Below, piece by piece: positions 42,377-42,505 of a stretch of DNA of 42,505 nucleotides. The notes beneath the pieces are model-generated. The model searched no databases and had not been told where the DNA came from. It worked only from the letters and a program-made list of their open reading frames with translations. The position numbers were made by a program, and so were the translations under genes. The stretch lies in the IMG/VR virus record IMGVR_UViG_3300023443_000233, one strand, 5' to 3'. The first letter of the stretch is position 1. Each line of letters begins with the position of its first letter. The stretch comes from a virus.

Positions 42377-42505
42377 ATAACTTTATTAGTTCGAACTAGT
42401 CGAATTATTTTTGTAATTGAAATTGATCAAAAGGCTGTTATATAGGCATTTTTATACTAGTGTAAATGAGTGTGTCAGACAACCTTAGATGGGCGGCATG
42501 ATGTA
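42362..42505. repeat. Terminal redundancy copy 2 (identical to 1-144)
   Basis: 144/144 identity with the window start. The repeat runs to the window edge, so its true length is unknown. Confidence 0.95.

Noticed and set aside
1-42505. CRISPR arrays, rRNA, IS/transposase genes
   Set aside because: No regularly spaced repeat array, rRNA-like segment or transposase-like ORF was seen on either strand.

Overview
The window holds one complete genome unit of a temperate siphovirus or prophage from a low-GC Gram-positive host. The host looks Lactobacillales/Enterococcus-like, judged from AGGAGG ribosome-binding sites, an ArpU late regulator, an LL-H-type holin, a Cheo-type LexA box and L27-like N-terminal motifs. 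Bases 1-144 are identical to 42362-42505, so the unique unit is 42,361 bp and the window wraps around by 144 nt. This is most simply a circularised or concatemeric phage genome. A prophage flanked by att repeats of at least 144 bp cannot be excluded. Layout: minus-strand lysogeny block (integrase, lipoprotein, ImmA-type protease, CI-like repressor, 230-3218); divergent switch region; plus-strand early and replication genes (Cro-like, Bro/KilAC antirepressor, Gp157, AAA_24 ATPase, SF2 helicase, DUF669/SSB-like, prim-pol/D5 primase-helicase, iteron-type origin, VRR-NUC, YopX, ArpU); packaging (TerS, TerL, portal); head, neck and tail (MuF-like, scaffold, capsid, connectors, major tail protein, G/GT chaperones with a -1 slippery site, a 1630-aa tape measure with two lytic domains, Tal, fibre/RBP); lysis (membrane proteins, holin, amidase); and a minus-strand accessory block next to the recombination region. 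Several things are not explained by standard phage modules. (1) A roughly 0.5-kb GC-enriched, hairpin-dense, non-coding region lies between arpU and the next gene and ends in an intrinsic terminator. I read it as a candidate large structured ncRNA, and it is followed by a metallophosphoesterase with a Myb/GcrA-like HTH N-terminus. (2) A perfect CGAAC-N4-GTTCG LexA box sits in the spacer of a consensus promoter that drives a 4-gene operon of unknown function, far from the immunity region. (3) A separately promoted HTH-plus-unknown-domain gene has a dyad in its promoter spacer. (4) Two antisense membrane-protein morons are embedded in the early operon. (5) Scaffold and capsid carry host Prp (L27-maturation)-type N-terminal motifs, and no prohead protease is encoded. 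All functional calls come from reading motifs by eye; no database search was run.
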